Virus record (IMG/VR): IMGVR_UViG_3300005365_000003
Location: 10,730-74,729 of that record
Direction: 5' to 3' (one strand)
Origin: a virus
Taxonomy: Duplodnaviria; Caudoviricetes
Length of the DNA stretch: 64,000 nucleotides
The notes under the pieces are model-generated. The model did no database searches and had not been told where the DNA came from. It saw only the letters and a list, made by a program, of their open reading frames with translations. This document shows positions 1 through 8,297 of the stretch, piece by piece. Made by a program: the position numbers and the translations under genes. The stretch's first letter is position 1. Each line of letters starts with the position of its first letter.

Positions 1-1
1 C

Positions 2-352
2 CATTGGATTGGCGACTTTGTGTTTCAGTCTGATTGGCAAGCTAAAAATAAAAGTAAAAACAATATAGCTCTTACGGCTCATGTTGCATCGTATAGTTTT
101 TGTTGGCTTGTAGCATGCTCGATGTCTGTTTTACTAACAGATGAAAGCATACTGATAATACTTTTTCCTGTAATTACTTTTGTGCTCCATTGGATAACTG
201 ACTATTTTACTAGTCGTATAAACTCAAAATTATACGCCGAAAATAAAATACATTATTTTTTCGTATCTATTGGTTTCGATCAGATATTGCATTACGTACA
301 ACTTATTTTAACATATAAACTTTTAACATATAAACTTTTAACAACTATATGA
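2..352 (+). CDS. DUF3307 family membrane protein (5'-truncated by window)
   Basis: Frame open from base 2: HWIGDFVFQ (HxxGDFxxQ motif), later HWITDY and GFDQILH; hydrophobic segments. Confidence 0.8.
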   Translation, partial: HWIGDFVFQSDWQAKNKSKNNIALTAHVASYSFCWLVACSMSVLLTDESILIILFPVITFVLHWITDYFTSRINSKLYAENKIHYFFVSIGFDQILHYVQLILTYKLLTYKLLTTI

Positions 353-693
353 TGACAACAACAAATTTCAAAGTAGGACAGAAGGTGGTGTGTGTTAGGT
401 CTGGCGAGGCTAGTGATAGAAAACGAACAGAGACTGTTTTTGTTTACAAGGAAAAACAGTATACGATAAAAGATTTCGGGTATTTGGAAGAATCGGATGT
501 AAATATTGCTTGTCATTGGGTTGAACTTGAAGAAGTGGAGGGAAAATGGGGTTCAAATAGATTCCGTCCGCTTGCCTACTCGCACTCCATCTCAGCAACC
601 CTAGCGTCCACTTGTCTAAAAGAAACACAAATCGAAACCTCCGACACTCCTATAAAGGATCCAAGTCCGAAACCCGAAAAAGAAATAGCATGA
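349..693 (+). CDS. hypothetical protein with KOW-like N-terminus
   Basis: FKVGQKVVCV start; ATGA overlap with upstream gene. Confidence 0.65.
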   Translation: MMTTTNFKVGQKVVCVRSGEASDRKRTETVFVYKEKQYTIKDFGYLEESDVNIACHWVELEEVEGKWGSNRFRPLAYSHSISATLASTCLKETQIETSDTPIKDPSPKPEKEIA

Positions 694-932
694 AATACAC
701 ATTTGCAACAAATATTAACGGCAAAGGATTGACGGGCGTGATTGATGTTGAATTGGGCTCAATAGTTTGTTATTGTTCAGAGAAGCAGTCAAAGTTAGTG
801 TTGGAAAAGTTAAATCTATGCGAAGTGTTAACCAAAACCATCTCCGACCTCAACGCCCACATCTCCCGCTTGGGTGCTGAGAATGAGAAGCTGATGGAGA
901 TAAATGCGCAATTAAGAAAGGAAAGTATATGA
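690..932 (+). CDS. hypothetical coiled-coil protein
   Basis: Start re-called to ATG 690 (MKYTF), overlapping upstream stop; heptad-like C-terminus. Confidence 0.6.
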   Translation: MKYTFATNINGKGLTGVIDVELGSIVCYCSEKQSKLVLEKLNLCEVLTKTISDLNAHISRLGAENEKLMEINAQLRKESI

Positions 933-2020
933 ATATAATTTTTAAAGCACTTGTTGGAAGTCATGCTTATGGTACAAACATAGAAGGGTCTGATTTTGAC
1001 ATTAAAGGAGTTTATTTGCAATCCCCCGAAGAGGTTCTTGACTTAGGGTACAGGGAACAAATTACCGTAAATAAAGATGAGGTTTATTATGAGTTAAGGC
1101 GTTTTATTGAGTTGTGTTGTACCGGAAATCCAACTATGCTAGAGCTTTTGTATACTCCGGATGATTGTATAAAAGAGATTCATCCTTGCTTTATGAGGCT
1201 TATTGAAAATAGAGAAAAATTCTTATCCAAATCATGCAAGTTTTCTTTCGGTGGGTATGCCTACAGTCAGATAGGAAAAGCTAAGGGGTTAAATAAAAAG
1301 ATGAATTGGGAAAAAGATAAAGTAGAAAGAAAGACTATTCTTGATTTTTGCTATATACTTACTCCTATGGGATCACAACCTATACGCGAATGGCTCAGGA
1401 TTCAAAGAGGAGAAGCGACACGGCAGGAATATTATGGCGTATCAAAAGTGCCTAATTGCAGAGATATGTTTTATATTTATCCTAAAGATCAGGAAGGATT
1501 AGAGTATCATGGACTTTGCAATTCCGACGAAAGTTCAAATGAATTGCGCATGAGCAGCATTCCGGTAAATCAAATCGCTAAATGTACAGCAATGTCATAC
1601 AATAAAGATGGCTATATTGAGCATTGCAAAGATTATAATCAATACCAGGTTTGGCTAAAAGAGCGCAACACTCAGAGGTATGTTGATATTGACGAGCACG
1701 GACAGAAAATTGATGGCAAGAATTTACTTCATTGCTATAGGCTTCTTGAAACTGGAGTGGAGATAGCAAAGTTTCATACAATAAATGTACGCAGGCCAAA
1801 TGCCGCTTATCTTATTGAAATACGTAAGGGGAAGCATAATCTTGAAACTCTATTGAAGCAATCAGAAAGCAAAATGGAAGAATTAAATAAAGAATTTGAT
1901 TTATCTACCCTTCCGGACAAAGCGGATCGCGGATTTTTTATGTCATTAATGCCTAAAATAAGAAAAGAATATGAATCTACCAGAAATATATCTTTGCGAT
2001 ATAGACGGCACTCTTGCTGA
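929..2020 (+). CDS. DNA polymerase beta-superfamily nucleotidyltransferase (RlaP/YcgL-like)
   Basis: GSHAYGT...SDFDIKGVY (GS and DxD motif), YELRRF, GNPTMLELL, KNLLHCYRLL helical C-terminus. Confidence 0.85.
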   Translation: MNIIFKALVGSHAYGTNIEGSDFDIKGVYLQSPEEVLDLGYREQITVNKDEVYYELRRFIELCCTGNPTMLELLYTPDDCIKEIHPCFMRLIENREKFLSKSCKFSFGGYAYSQIGKAKGLNKKMNWEKDKVERKTILDFCYILTPMGSQPIREWLRIQRGEATRQEYYGVSKVPNCRDMFYIYPKDQEGLEYHGLCNSDESSNELRMSSIPVNQIAKCTAMSYNKDGYIEHCKDYNQYQVWLKERNTQRYVDIDEHGQKIDGKNLLHCYRLLETGVEIAKFHTINVRRPNAAYLIEIRKGKHNLETLLKQSESKMEELNKEFDLSTLPDKADRGFFMSLMPKIRKEYESTRNISLRYRRHSC

Positions 2021-2396
2021 TTTTAAACATCACCGGGGGCCGTTTGATGAACATAAGGTATTAGGAGACAAACCGCTTCCTACTGTAAGGATTATAAATT
2101 CTTTAATTAGAGATGGAAATAGAATTATTTTCTTTTCTGGAAGGACAAGTAATTGTCATAAAGATTCTTGCGAGTGGATAAAAAATCATACTGGTGAATA
2201 CAATCCTGAATTATATATGAGGGAGCCAAAAGATAACCGTTCAGATGATATAGTGAAAGAGGAGATGTACGATAAGTGGATTCGAGGTAAATATGAAGTG
2301 ATAGGCGTATTTGATGATCGATTGAAAGTTTGCAGAATGTGGAATAAGTTAGGATTATTTGTATTCAACTGCAATCAAGGATTAATAGAATTTTAA
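1971..2396 (+). CDS. HAD-family 3'-phosphatase (T4 PseT/PNK phosphatase-like), stand-alone
   Basis: DIDGTLA motif I, FFSGR motif II, MR..DNRSDDIVK, FDDR motif IV. Confidence 0.9.
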   Translation: MNLPEIYLCDIDGTLADFKHHRGPFDEHKVLGDKPLPTVRIINSLIRDGNRIIFFSGRTSNCHKDSCEWIKNHTGEYNPELYMREPKDNRSDDIVKEEMYDKWIRGKYEVIGVFDDRLKVCRMWNKLGLFVFNCNQGLIEF

Positions 2397-2506
2397 TATG
2401 TCCACTTATTATCTATACACAGCAATCTTCATCCTCCTTACCTTCCTTGTGGTGGTGGGGAGGACAATATATAATCATAGGAATGACAAGTAGTTAATAT
2501 GAAAAA

Positions 2507-2839
2507 ATGTTTGGCAAGCCAAATAACCCTGAGTATGTTCTTTGTGCGGCAATTCATTTTAACGATGGCGAACAATACGATCATCAGCCACAAAACATTG
2601 AAAGAGGGTTTGTTATGTGCGGGCGCAGGCATCATAATATATACGTTTCTGTTATGATAATCAATGGAAAAGAAATGACAGCTATTGAAAGAATGACTGA
2701 AGCAAACGGAAAGGCAATACAGGGATTTTTAACAAGCAAAGGCAGATTTTTAAATAGAGAAGAAGCCGGAAAACTTGCCTATGAAATGAAACAAACAGAT
2801 AAATTAACGCACTGTTTATTTAGTGAGGATTTATATTAA
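2507..2839 (+). CDS. conserved phage hypothetical protein (GFLTS...LFSEDLY type)
   Basis: CAAIH, CGRRH, QGFLTSKGRFLNREEA, LFSEDLY motifs recurrent in phage hypotheticals. Confidence 0.7.
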   Translation: MFGKPNNPEYVLCAAIHFNDGEQYDHQPQNIERGFVMCGRRHHNIYVSVMIINGKEMTAIERMTEANGKAIQGFLTSKGRFLNREEAGKLAYEMKQTDKLTHCLFSEDLY

Positions 2840-2845
2840 AACAAA

Positions 2846-3256
2846 ATGACCAACCCCGACTTCTCCAACTTCACCCCCTGTCCGAAGGCTGAGCCTAAAC
2901 CAAAGAAGGTGTATGCTGGGTTAAAAAGGACAGCTTTAAAGAAGAAGTGGCCTGAACCAAAAGGGAAACGTGAGTTTTTCCGGTCAATATGGGAAAAGTG
3001 CGGCGGCTTGTGCATGGTTACGGGGCATCCATTTCCCATGAATAGCAGTTATTCGTACATGCACGTCCTGGCACATGGCCCTTTTGAAAGGTTTGAATTT
3101 TATGAAAAAAATGTTTTGTTTGTAAATCCGCGTATTCACACACTTTATGATAACGTAGGCAAGACTAAACTACTTGAAGAATTTCCGGAGGCGGCGTGGA
3201 TTTTTGATTTGAAAGAAATTTTGCTAATGGAATATAACCGGCTGCCGACTATTTAA
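2846..3256 (+). CDS. HNH-like nuclease-fold protein (degenerate)
   Basis: CGGLC...HVLAH...KNVLFVNPRIHTLYD matches H-N-H spacing; second Cys pair absent. Confidence 0.5.
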   Translation: MTNPDFSNFTPCPKAEPKPKKVYAGLKRTALKKKWPEPKGKREFFRSIWEKCGGLCMVTGHPFPMNSSYSYMHVLAHGPFERFEFYEKNVLFVNPRIHTLYDNVGKTKLLEEFPEAAWIFDLKEILLMEYNRLPTI

Positions 3257-3317
3257 ACTAAAACAAATTATAGAATTAGAGAGACTATAAAAATATTAAT
3301 CAATTAATAAATATAAA

Positions 3318-3905
3318 ATGGGGTATAGAACACACATTGGAATTATTTCAAAGAAAGAATATAATGAAATAAAATCTTTTAATCAGGAGCAACTTAATTC
3401 CTATAAGGGCAATAAAGATAAAGATGACTATATAGGAGCATGGGAAATAGCTCCATCATTATATGAGTTTGGGAAATATACAGAATTTGATGATGAAAAA
3501 TTTTATAAACCATTTTGGGATAATGAAGAATTTCAAGAATACTATGAAGGCGATTTTTGGGTGGTAGAAAAAGAATTTTTGAAACATATTATTGAGCATT
3601 ACAAAAACAAGGTGCTTTCATATTATGAAAATTTACTTACCGCAGATGGAATACAGGAAGAATATGGTAGGTTTAAAAAAATAACCGAAGACGGAATAAG
3701 GAACTTATCATTTGAAAAGAAGGTTGAATGGTTTGACCACATTAAAAATATTTGGTCAGAATGGAAAAATGATTTTGCTATTGATATGACTCACAGAGAG
3801 AAAATAACAGGGAGCTGGAAGTATGAATATTCACTATTTGAATTGGCTAGAATTTATAAAACTTTTGATTGGGAAAACAATATAATGGTTTATTATGGAT
3901 ATTAA
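3318..3905 (+). CDS. hypothetical protein
   Basis: 195-aa ORF with A-rich start context; C-terminal VYYGY. Confidence 0.75.
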   Translation: MGYRTHIGIISKKEYNEIKSFNQEQLNSYKGNKDKDDYIGAWEIAPSLYEFGKYTEFDDEKFYKPFWDNEEFQEYYEGDFWVVEKEFLKHIIEHYKNKVLSYYENLLTADGIQEEYGRFKKITEDGIRNLSFEKKVEWFDHIKNIWSEWKNDFAIDMTHREKITGSWKYEYSLFELARIYKTFDWENNIMVYYGY

Positions 3906-3976
3906 TTTTGTAAGGCTGTTATCATATTTCAATGTAAATCCAATTATTTTATAATTAGAAAAAGAAATATTTAATT

Positions 3977-4489
3977 ATGACCGAAACCATCTCCGCCGCC
4001 GAATACCAGGCCCGTTATGGGCGTAAGGCTACTTTAAAACTTAATCAAGAGAAGTCCGCTTCAATAAAAAAAGGCCGCTCCGCACTCTCTGAGCCACCTA
4101 CAATCGACTCAATTGAGTCCGACGGCAAAATGGTCAAGATAACGCTGGCGGGGCTTATACCGGGGCTTAATGGGAAAAATGGGCTTATGTCCGAGCACTG
4201 GAGTATGCGATTAAAGCGTAAAAAGGCAATGATGATGAGGTTAAAAGTGCTAAATCCACCTAAATTTAAAGGAATAGTTGAAATTTCATTCAAAACATAC
4301 GTTTCTATATTGTCTGATACTGAAGATAATCTACCGGCAAAACGAAAGGTGTTGTATGATTGCTTTGTTACACTTGGGATTATAGAAGGGGATAGTCCAT
4401 TTATACTTAAATCAACTCCTCCTCAGCAAATAAAGTCTAGGCGTAAGGATCAAAGGGTCGAAGTGATTATTAAATCAGTAAAACAATGA
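3977..4489 (+). CDS. rusA: RusA-like Holliday junction resolvase
   Basis: PGLN...DTEDNL..RKVLYDCFVTLGIIEGDS...RVEVII fits RusA catalytic Asp/Lys spacing. Confidence 0.7.
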   Translation: MTETISAAEYQARYGRKATLKLNQEKSASIKKGRSALSEPPTIDSIESDGKMVKITLAGLIPGLNGKNGLMSEHWSMRLKRKKAMMMRLKVLNPPKFKGIVEISFKTYVSILSDTEDNLPAKRKVLYDCFVTLGIIEGDSPFILKSTPPQQIKSRRKDQRVEVIIKSVKQ

Positions 4490-4656
4490 GTGAATTATTA
4501 TTTATTATAGGATATAAATGTCCTGCATGTGGAAACGAAGTAGGGACAGAAGGAATTGGACATGATGATCCTGTTTATTGTTTAAGGTGTCCGGACGGTG
4601 AATATACCGACATGGAGCCTATTTATGAAGAAGCAAATAATAATGAGGATGAGTAA
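4486..4656 (+). CDS. small zinc-ribbon protein (56 aa, not in ORF track)
   Basis: MSELLFIIGYKCPACG...YCLRCPDG; ATGA overlap with rusA. Confidence 0.65.
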   Translation: MSELLFIIGYKCPACGNEVGTEGIGHDDPVYCLRCPDGEYTDMEPIYEEANNNEDE

Positions 4657-4852
4657 AGAATTTTCATTATACGATTCTATTGTCTCTGTTCATGAGATTG
4701 TATGTGATAACTGTTCTTTTAAGGACTATGTTCATACAAATGATTGCCATGAAGCATGCGAATACTTTTACGAAGAAGGATGGCGTGTTCCGAGGTCAAA
4801 ATGCTACTGTCCTAACTGTATAAAAAGGAAATTAAAAACAAAGAGGAAATGA
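4649..4852 (+). CDS. small zinc-binding protein
   Basis: Start re-called to 4649; CDNC and CPNC pairs, EGW motif. Confidence 0.65.
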   Translation: MSKEFSLYDSIVSVHEIVCDNCSFKDYVHTNDCHEACEYFYEEGWRVPRSKCYCPNCIKRKLKTKRK

Positions 4853-5034
4853 AAAGGTTTATTATAAAACACTTCAAATACGAAGCAATGCAATTCAAAT
4901 TCATGAGAAAGTGGATGGGTGGAGATTATTTTAAAATTCAACCTAACTTACCTATGGGTCCATTTTGGAGTGATATTATAATTACAAGCTGCCAGTCTGT
5001 ATTAACAAAACGAGAATCTTATCCCACAAATTAA
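4849..5034 (+). CDS. hypothetical protein
   Basis: ATGA-coupled 61-aa ORF. Confidence 0.55.
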   Translation: MKRFIIKHFKYEAMQFKFMRKWMGGDYFKIQPNLPMGPFWSDIIITSCQSVLTKRESYPTN

Positions 5035-5046
5035 AACCATAAAATT

Positions 5047-5214
5047 ATGAGTTCAGCTTTATTAAAAAAATGCGCAAATGTTTTAAGAGATGTTGATTAT
5101 TTATTTGATGAATTAAACAATGAAATAAATAATTTAGATGAAGAATTAGGTAAAAAAGAGGATGAAATTTCAGCACTTAAAGAAAAAATACAAGAATTAA
5201 CGGAAGCTAAATGA
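5047..5214 (+). CDS. small coiled-coil protein (55 aa, not in ORF track)
   Basis: MSSALLKKCANVLRDVDYLFDELNNEINNLDEELGKKEDEISALKEKIQELTEAK; ATGA overlap with next gene. Confidence 0.6.
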   Translation: MSSALLKKCANVLRDVDYLFDELNNEINNLDEELGKKEDEISALKEKIQELTEAK

Positions 5215-5642
5215 GCATTTACTTAATAAAAAACCGTGCGGGTACTTTCAGTCCACTTGACGCCAGCGACTTTGAAGCCGCAAACTCTATTCCTCCTGGC
5301 AGTGTAGTGAAAGCAGAGAAAGCGCGTAATTACAAATTTTTAAAGAAAGCAATGGCTCTTCTAAATCTTGGATTTCAGAATCAATCCGAATTTACAAACT
5401 TCGATTCCTACAGAAAGATGAAGACAATAAATGCTGGATTTTTCGATCTTGCCCCATTCGCCGTTAAAGATCTTGCCGGAAATTATTTCACTACACAGAT
5501 TCCTATCGCTCATTCTCTTGCGTTTGATAAAATGAAAGAATCCACTTTCGAAAAAGTATTCAACGCCATACTCGATATAATTGCCTCAGACACATTAACC
5601 GCTCCTGAGCAACTAAGGAGAGAAATAGAAGGATTCTATTAA
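5211..5642 (+). CDS. DUF1367 family protein
   Basis: RNYKFLKKAMALLNLGF, INAGFFD, SLAFDKMKESTFEKVFNAILD. Confidence 0.75.
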   Translation: MSIYLIKNRAGTFSPLDASDFEAANSIPPGSVVKAEKARNYKFLKKAMALLNLGFQNQSEFTNFDSYRKMKTINAGFFDLAPFAVKDLAGNYFTTQIPIAHSLAFDKMKESTFEKVFNAILDIIASDTLTAPEQLRREIEGFY

Positions 5643-5644
5643 GA

Positions 5645-5821
5645 TCATTCATTCGTCAACTCCTTATAATGACAAGTCAATATCTCATCTTCCATTAAAA
5701 TAGGCGGTTGTATTCCTATAGATGGCGGCAATAGTTCCAGGTTGCTTATTATTTCTTTTAGAGAACTTATGATCTGCTCAGTAGTTCCCTTTCCTTCGAT
5801 TTTAATGTGTGATTTAAACAT
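5645..5821 (-). CDS. hypothetical protein (58 aa, not in ORF track)
   Basis: MFKSHIKIEGKGTTEQIISSLKEII...MEDEILTCHYKELTNE; converges on DUF1367 gene. Confidence 0.55.
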   Translation of the reverse strand: MFKSHIKIEGKGTTEQIISSLKEIISNLELLPPSIGIQPPILMEDEILTCHYKELTNE

Positions 5822-5891
5822 TGTGTAAGTGGTTGGTTTAGTGATTGTTGTTATAGTTAATATCCTTTTTTGTTTTATTTTTAAAAATTGT

Positions 5892-6083
5892 TTAGTCTTT
5901 TATAAAATTTTCTCTCCTTTTGATTTGATCTAACATTCCTTCTGGATGTTCAAAGTCCAAGCATGCAAGAAATCGGAGATTTGATAATTCCTTTTCAGTC
6001 TCAGCCCTGTTAATTTTGTCCATCATTTCGTGCTCCCGGTCAAGGGGAGACTTTAGTAGTAGGTCTTTGGTGTGGTGGCGCAT
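5892..6083 (-). CDS. hypothetical protein, probable paralog of 6384-6542
   Basis: 63-aa ORF; ungapped N-terminal similarity to 6384-6542 product. Confidence 0.6.
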   Translation of the reverse strand: MRHHTKDLLLKSPLDREHEMMDKINRAETEKELSNLRFLACLDFEHPEGMLDQIKRRENFIKD

Positions 6084-6103
6084 GGTGAATGTGGGTTTTA
6101 AGG

Positions 6104-6382
6104 TTATGGATCAATAAAATCTTCGGTTTCTTTAGCTTCAATTTCAATTATTTTTTTATAAAGCTCTTTTATTTGGTCTGAATCAAGATCAACTCTTACA
6201 TATCTTTCGGTTTGAATATCATCGGATAGCATTTCAAAAAAAGTTATTGACTTAACGTATCCTTTATGCTTTCCTATGTTGTTTGGTTCATCCGTGTAAA
6301 TGAATTTTTTATTTTCCTTAATTGCATATTGATATTCTTCAATAATGAAATCCTTTCCACTTTTTGATACAATTGTTTTCAT
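6104..6382 (-). CDS. hypothetical protein
   Basis: 92-aa ORF in - strand cluster. Confidence 0.65.
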   Translation of the reverse strand: MKTIVSKSGKDFIIEEYQYAIKENKKFIYTDEPNNIGKHKGYVKSITFFEMLSDDIQTERYVRVDLDSDQIKELYKKIIEIEAKETEDFIDP

Positions 6383-6383
6383 T

Positions 6384-6542
6384 TTATGATTGTTTTTTAT
6401 AAATTTCCTTCAGTAAATTATTCAACATCTTTTCCATCATAGCCAGCTTACCCTTACATTCTGTTTTGCTTATCACTGCCAGAAGGTCTTGCTCCTTGTC
6501 GCGGAGGTAGTCGAGGTAAAAGGGGCGGGTGTGGCGTTTCAT
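6384..6542 (-). CDS. hypothetical protein (52 aa, not in ORF track)
   Basis: MKRHTRPFYLDYLRDKEQDLLAVISKTECKGKLAMMEKMLNNLLKEIYKKQS; fills gap, ATGA-type overlap. Confidence 0.6.
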   Translation of the reverse strand: MKRHTRPFYLDYLRDKEQDLLAVISKTECKGKLAMMEKMLNNLLKEIYKKQS

Positions 6543-6946
6543 AGGCTTATCCATCTTCTAATGGTTACTCTTGCAAAACTTTTATTGTTTCTTGTGAATA
6601 AACTGTTTTGACTTCCAAAATAGTTATCAGGAATCCAGTCGTTCATTTCGTGCTTAATTAATTCTTTTTTACATAACTCCATAAGTAACTCTGAATCTCT
6701 TTGTGAAGATAATTTTTCCGGAATTTCAAACTCAAAACTTTCATTTTCATGTTTTTTTCCTAATTTGTCTAGTCCAAATACTTCACATTCACATTTTACG
6801 CATGCTAATCTAGATAAACACTGGCTTAGTTGTTCGGGCGTAAGCTTTATTTTAGCAAAAACTGTGTTTGACAAATCATCCTCTATGTTAATTTCGGTAT
6901 AGTCGCTCCCGATTAGTATACTGATTCTTGCTGATGAAAGTTTCAT
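6539..6946 (-). CDS. hypothetical phage protein
   Basis: 135-aa ORF, A-rich leader. Confidence 0.7.
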   Translation of the reverse strand: MKLSSARISILIGSDYTEINIEDDLSNTVFAKIKLTPEQLSQCLSRLACVKCECEVFGLDKLGKKHENESFEFEIPEKLSSQRDSELLMELCKKELIKHEMNDWIPDNYFGSQNSLFTRNNKSFARVTIRRWISL

Positions 6947-7158
6947 ATTTTTTAGTGTTTAGTTGATTAATTTCTTGCCCTTCGCCCTAATTTTCGTTCG
7001 GTAAATGACCGCTACCCGTGCGTCCACTTGCGTCATTATTATCATCACCTGAAATTATCCAAATAAATATTATCACAACCCCAATAGTGAGCAGCGTACC
7101 GAATATTTTCAGGTCGTGATATGTTAAGGTCTGGAGTATTGTCATGGTGTCTGTGTTT

Positions 7159-7404
7159 TTATATCCAAAACGTTACTTCTTCTATTTTACCGTCTATTTC
7201 GTGTATTACAGTGCTATAGTCACGTTTTAAGTGGACCACCGTATCAATGTAGTGTTTATCTACCTGAGTTGTAATACACGTCATGCGATCCTTTATCATG
7301 TGTATCCTGGCAACCTTCCCCCTATCATCCGTTAGCCCATTGGCAAAGACGTTGATTATGTGGTATGATTCGAGGGGGTTGAGGGGGCAGGATGATTTCT
7401 TCAT
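7159..7404 (-). CDS. hypothetical protein
   Basis: 81-aa ORF coupled to upstream gene. Confidence 0.55.
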   Translation of the reverse strand: MKKSSCPLNPLESYHIINVFANGLTDDRGKVARIHMIKDRMTCITTQVDKHYIDTVVHLKRDYSTVIHEIDGKIEEVTFWI

Positions 7405-7595
7405 TGGAAAAGATATATTGATAGTATGATCATTATTAATACAATTACAAACAACAATTCTAATTCCAAGCCGCTAATATATGCGATCATTATAGGTTCA
7501 TCAATAGAATAACTAGCGCACATAAATATTATTGGTATAATTTGACTCAAAATCAATGCGCCTATAATTCGTTTTATTATTTTATTCATATTCAT
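7401..7595 (-). CDS. small two-TM membrane protein
   Basis: Two hydrophobic stretches after basic N-terminus. Confidence 0.6.
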   Translation of the reverse strand: MNMNKIIKRIIGALILSQIIPIIFMCASYSIDEPIMIAYISGLELELLFVIVLIMIILSIYLFQ

Positions 7596-7615
7596 AGTGT
7601 TTATTCCCGCCGGAG

Positions 7616-7924
7616 TTAGTGTTGTTTAGAGTGTCTTTTAATTAATTTGAAAGCTTCGTATTGACATTGGTGTATACCTGAATTATTTGGACCGTCCCAA
7701 GGCCCCTCTAATTGTTTTAATGCTATATAGCAGTCTTTTAAACATTCAACCAGCTCATCATAACCGTTTACAGCAGTTACAATGCGCTGCGCGTTGGCTG
7801 ATGCTTCGTATTTTCCGTATTCTCCATCTTGCATTTCTACATTAGCGATTATTTTCCCACCCGCAACTATTTTAAGGGCGTACGTTGAATATTCTCCCTT
7901 TGTATGTTTACTTTCTTTTTCCAT
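7616..7924 (-). CDS. hypothetical protein
   Basis: Start re-called to MEKESKHTKG; ANAQRIVTAVNGYDELVECL motif common in phage small proteins. Confidence 0.65.
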   Translation of the reverse strand: MEKESKHTKGEYSTYALKIVAGGKIIANVEMQDGEYGKYEASANAQRIVTAVNGYDELVECLKDCYIALKQLEGPWDGPNNSGIHQCQYEAFKLIKRHSKQH

Positions 7925-7964
7925 AGTGTTTCGCGTTATGCCGCCGCCGCGTTGGTTTGGGTGG

Positions 7965-8192
7965 TTAGTCTTTGGTAAAACAATCCTTTTTCCGATCAAT
8001 AATGTATGAGTGTTCCGAACCTTCTACCTTTATTCCTAAATAATCAAAAGCATCCATTGCGGCCCATCTTGCATTTTCATAGGACTTAATATCTCCTTCT
8101 TGCTCTGAACGAGATCCAAGTCTAAGAATGTGACCTATTGCTAGGGCTGCAACTTGCTCTGCTTGTTTTTTGTTGTCAAATTTATCTTTCAT
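7965..8192 (-). CDS. hypothetical protein
   Basis: 75-aa ORF with A-rich leader. Confidence 0.55.
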   Translation of the reverse strand: MKDKFDNKKQAEQVAALAIGHILRLGSRSEQEGDIKSYENARWAAMDAFDYLGIKVEGSEHSYIIDRKKDCFTKD

Positions 8193-8234
8193 GATTTCTG
8201 TTTTTAGTGATTATTGTTTTGATTCGTCCCCTAA

Positions 8235-8289
8235 GGGCGGCGGCAAGGAGGTAATCTTAGCAGATAAACCCTCCCGCCGCCGTGTGCCC
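8235..8289 (-). other. GC-rich intergenic stem-loop
   Basis: GGGC/GCCC, CGGCGGC/GCCGCCG, GGAGG/CCTCC and ATCT/AGAT arms; no U-tract. Confidence 0.65.
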
Positions 8290-8297
8290 GTCTCTAC

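Noticed and set aside
307-340. 15-bp tandem duplication (LTYKL twice) at the end of DUF3307
   Set aside because: Real but a simple in-frame slippage at a C-terminus; no sign of function
2397-2494. Hydrophobic open frame CPLIYLYTAIFILLTFLVVVGRTIYNHRNDK
   Set aside because: No ATG/GTG/TTG start in frame; may be a relic or a non-canonical start, so not called
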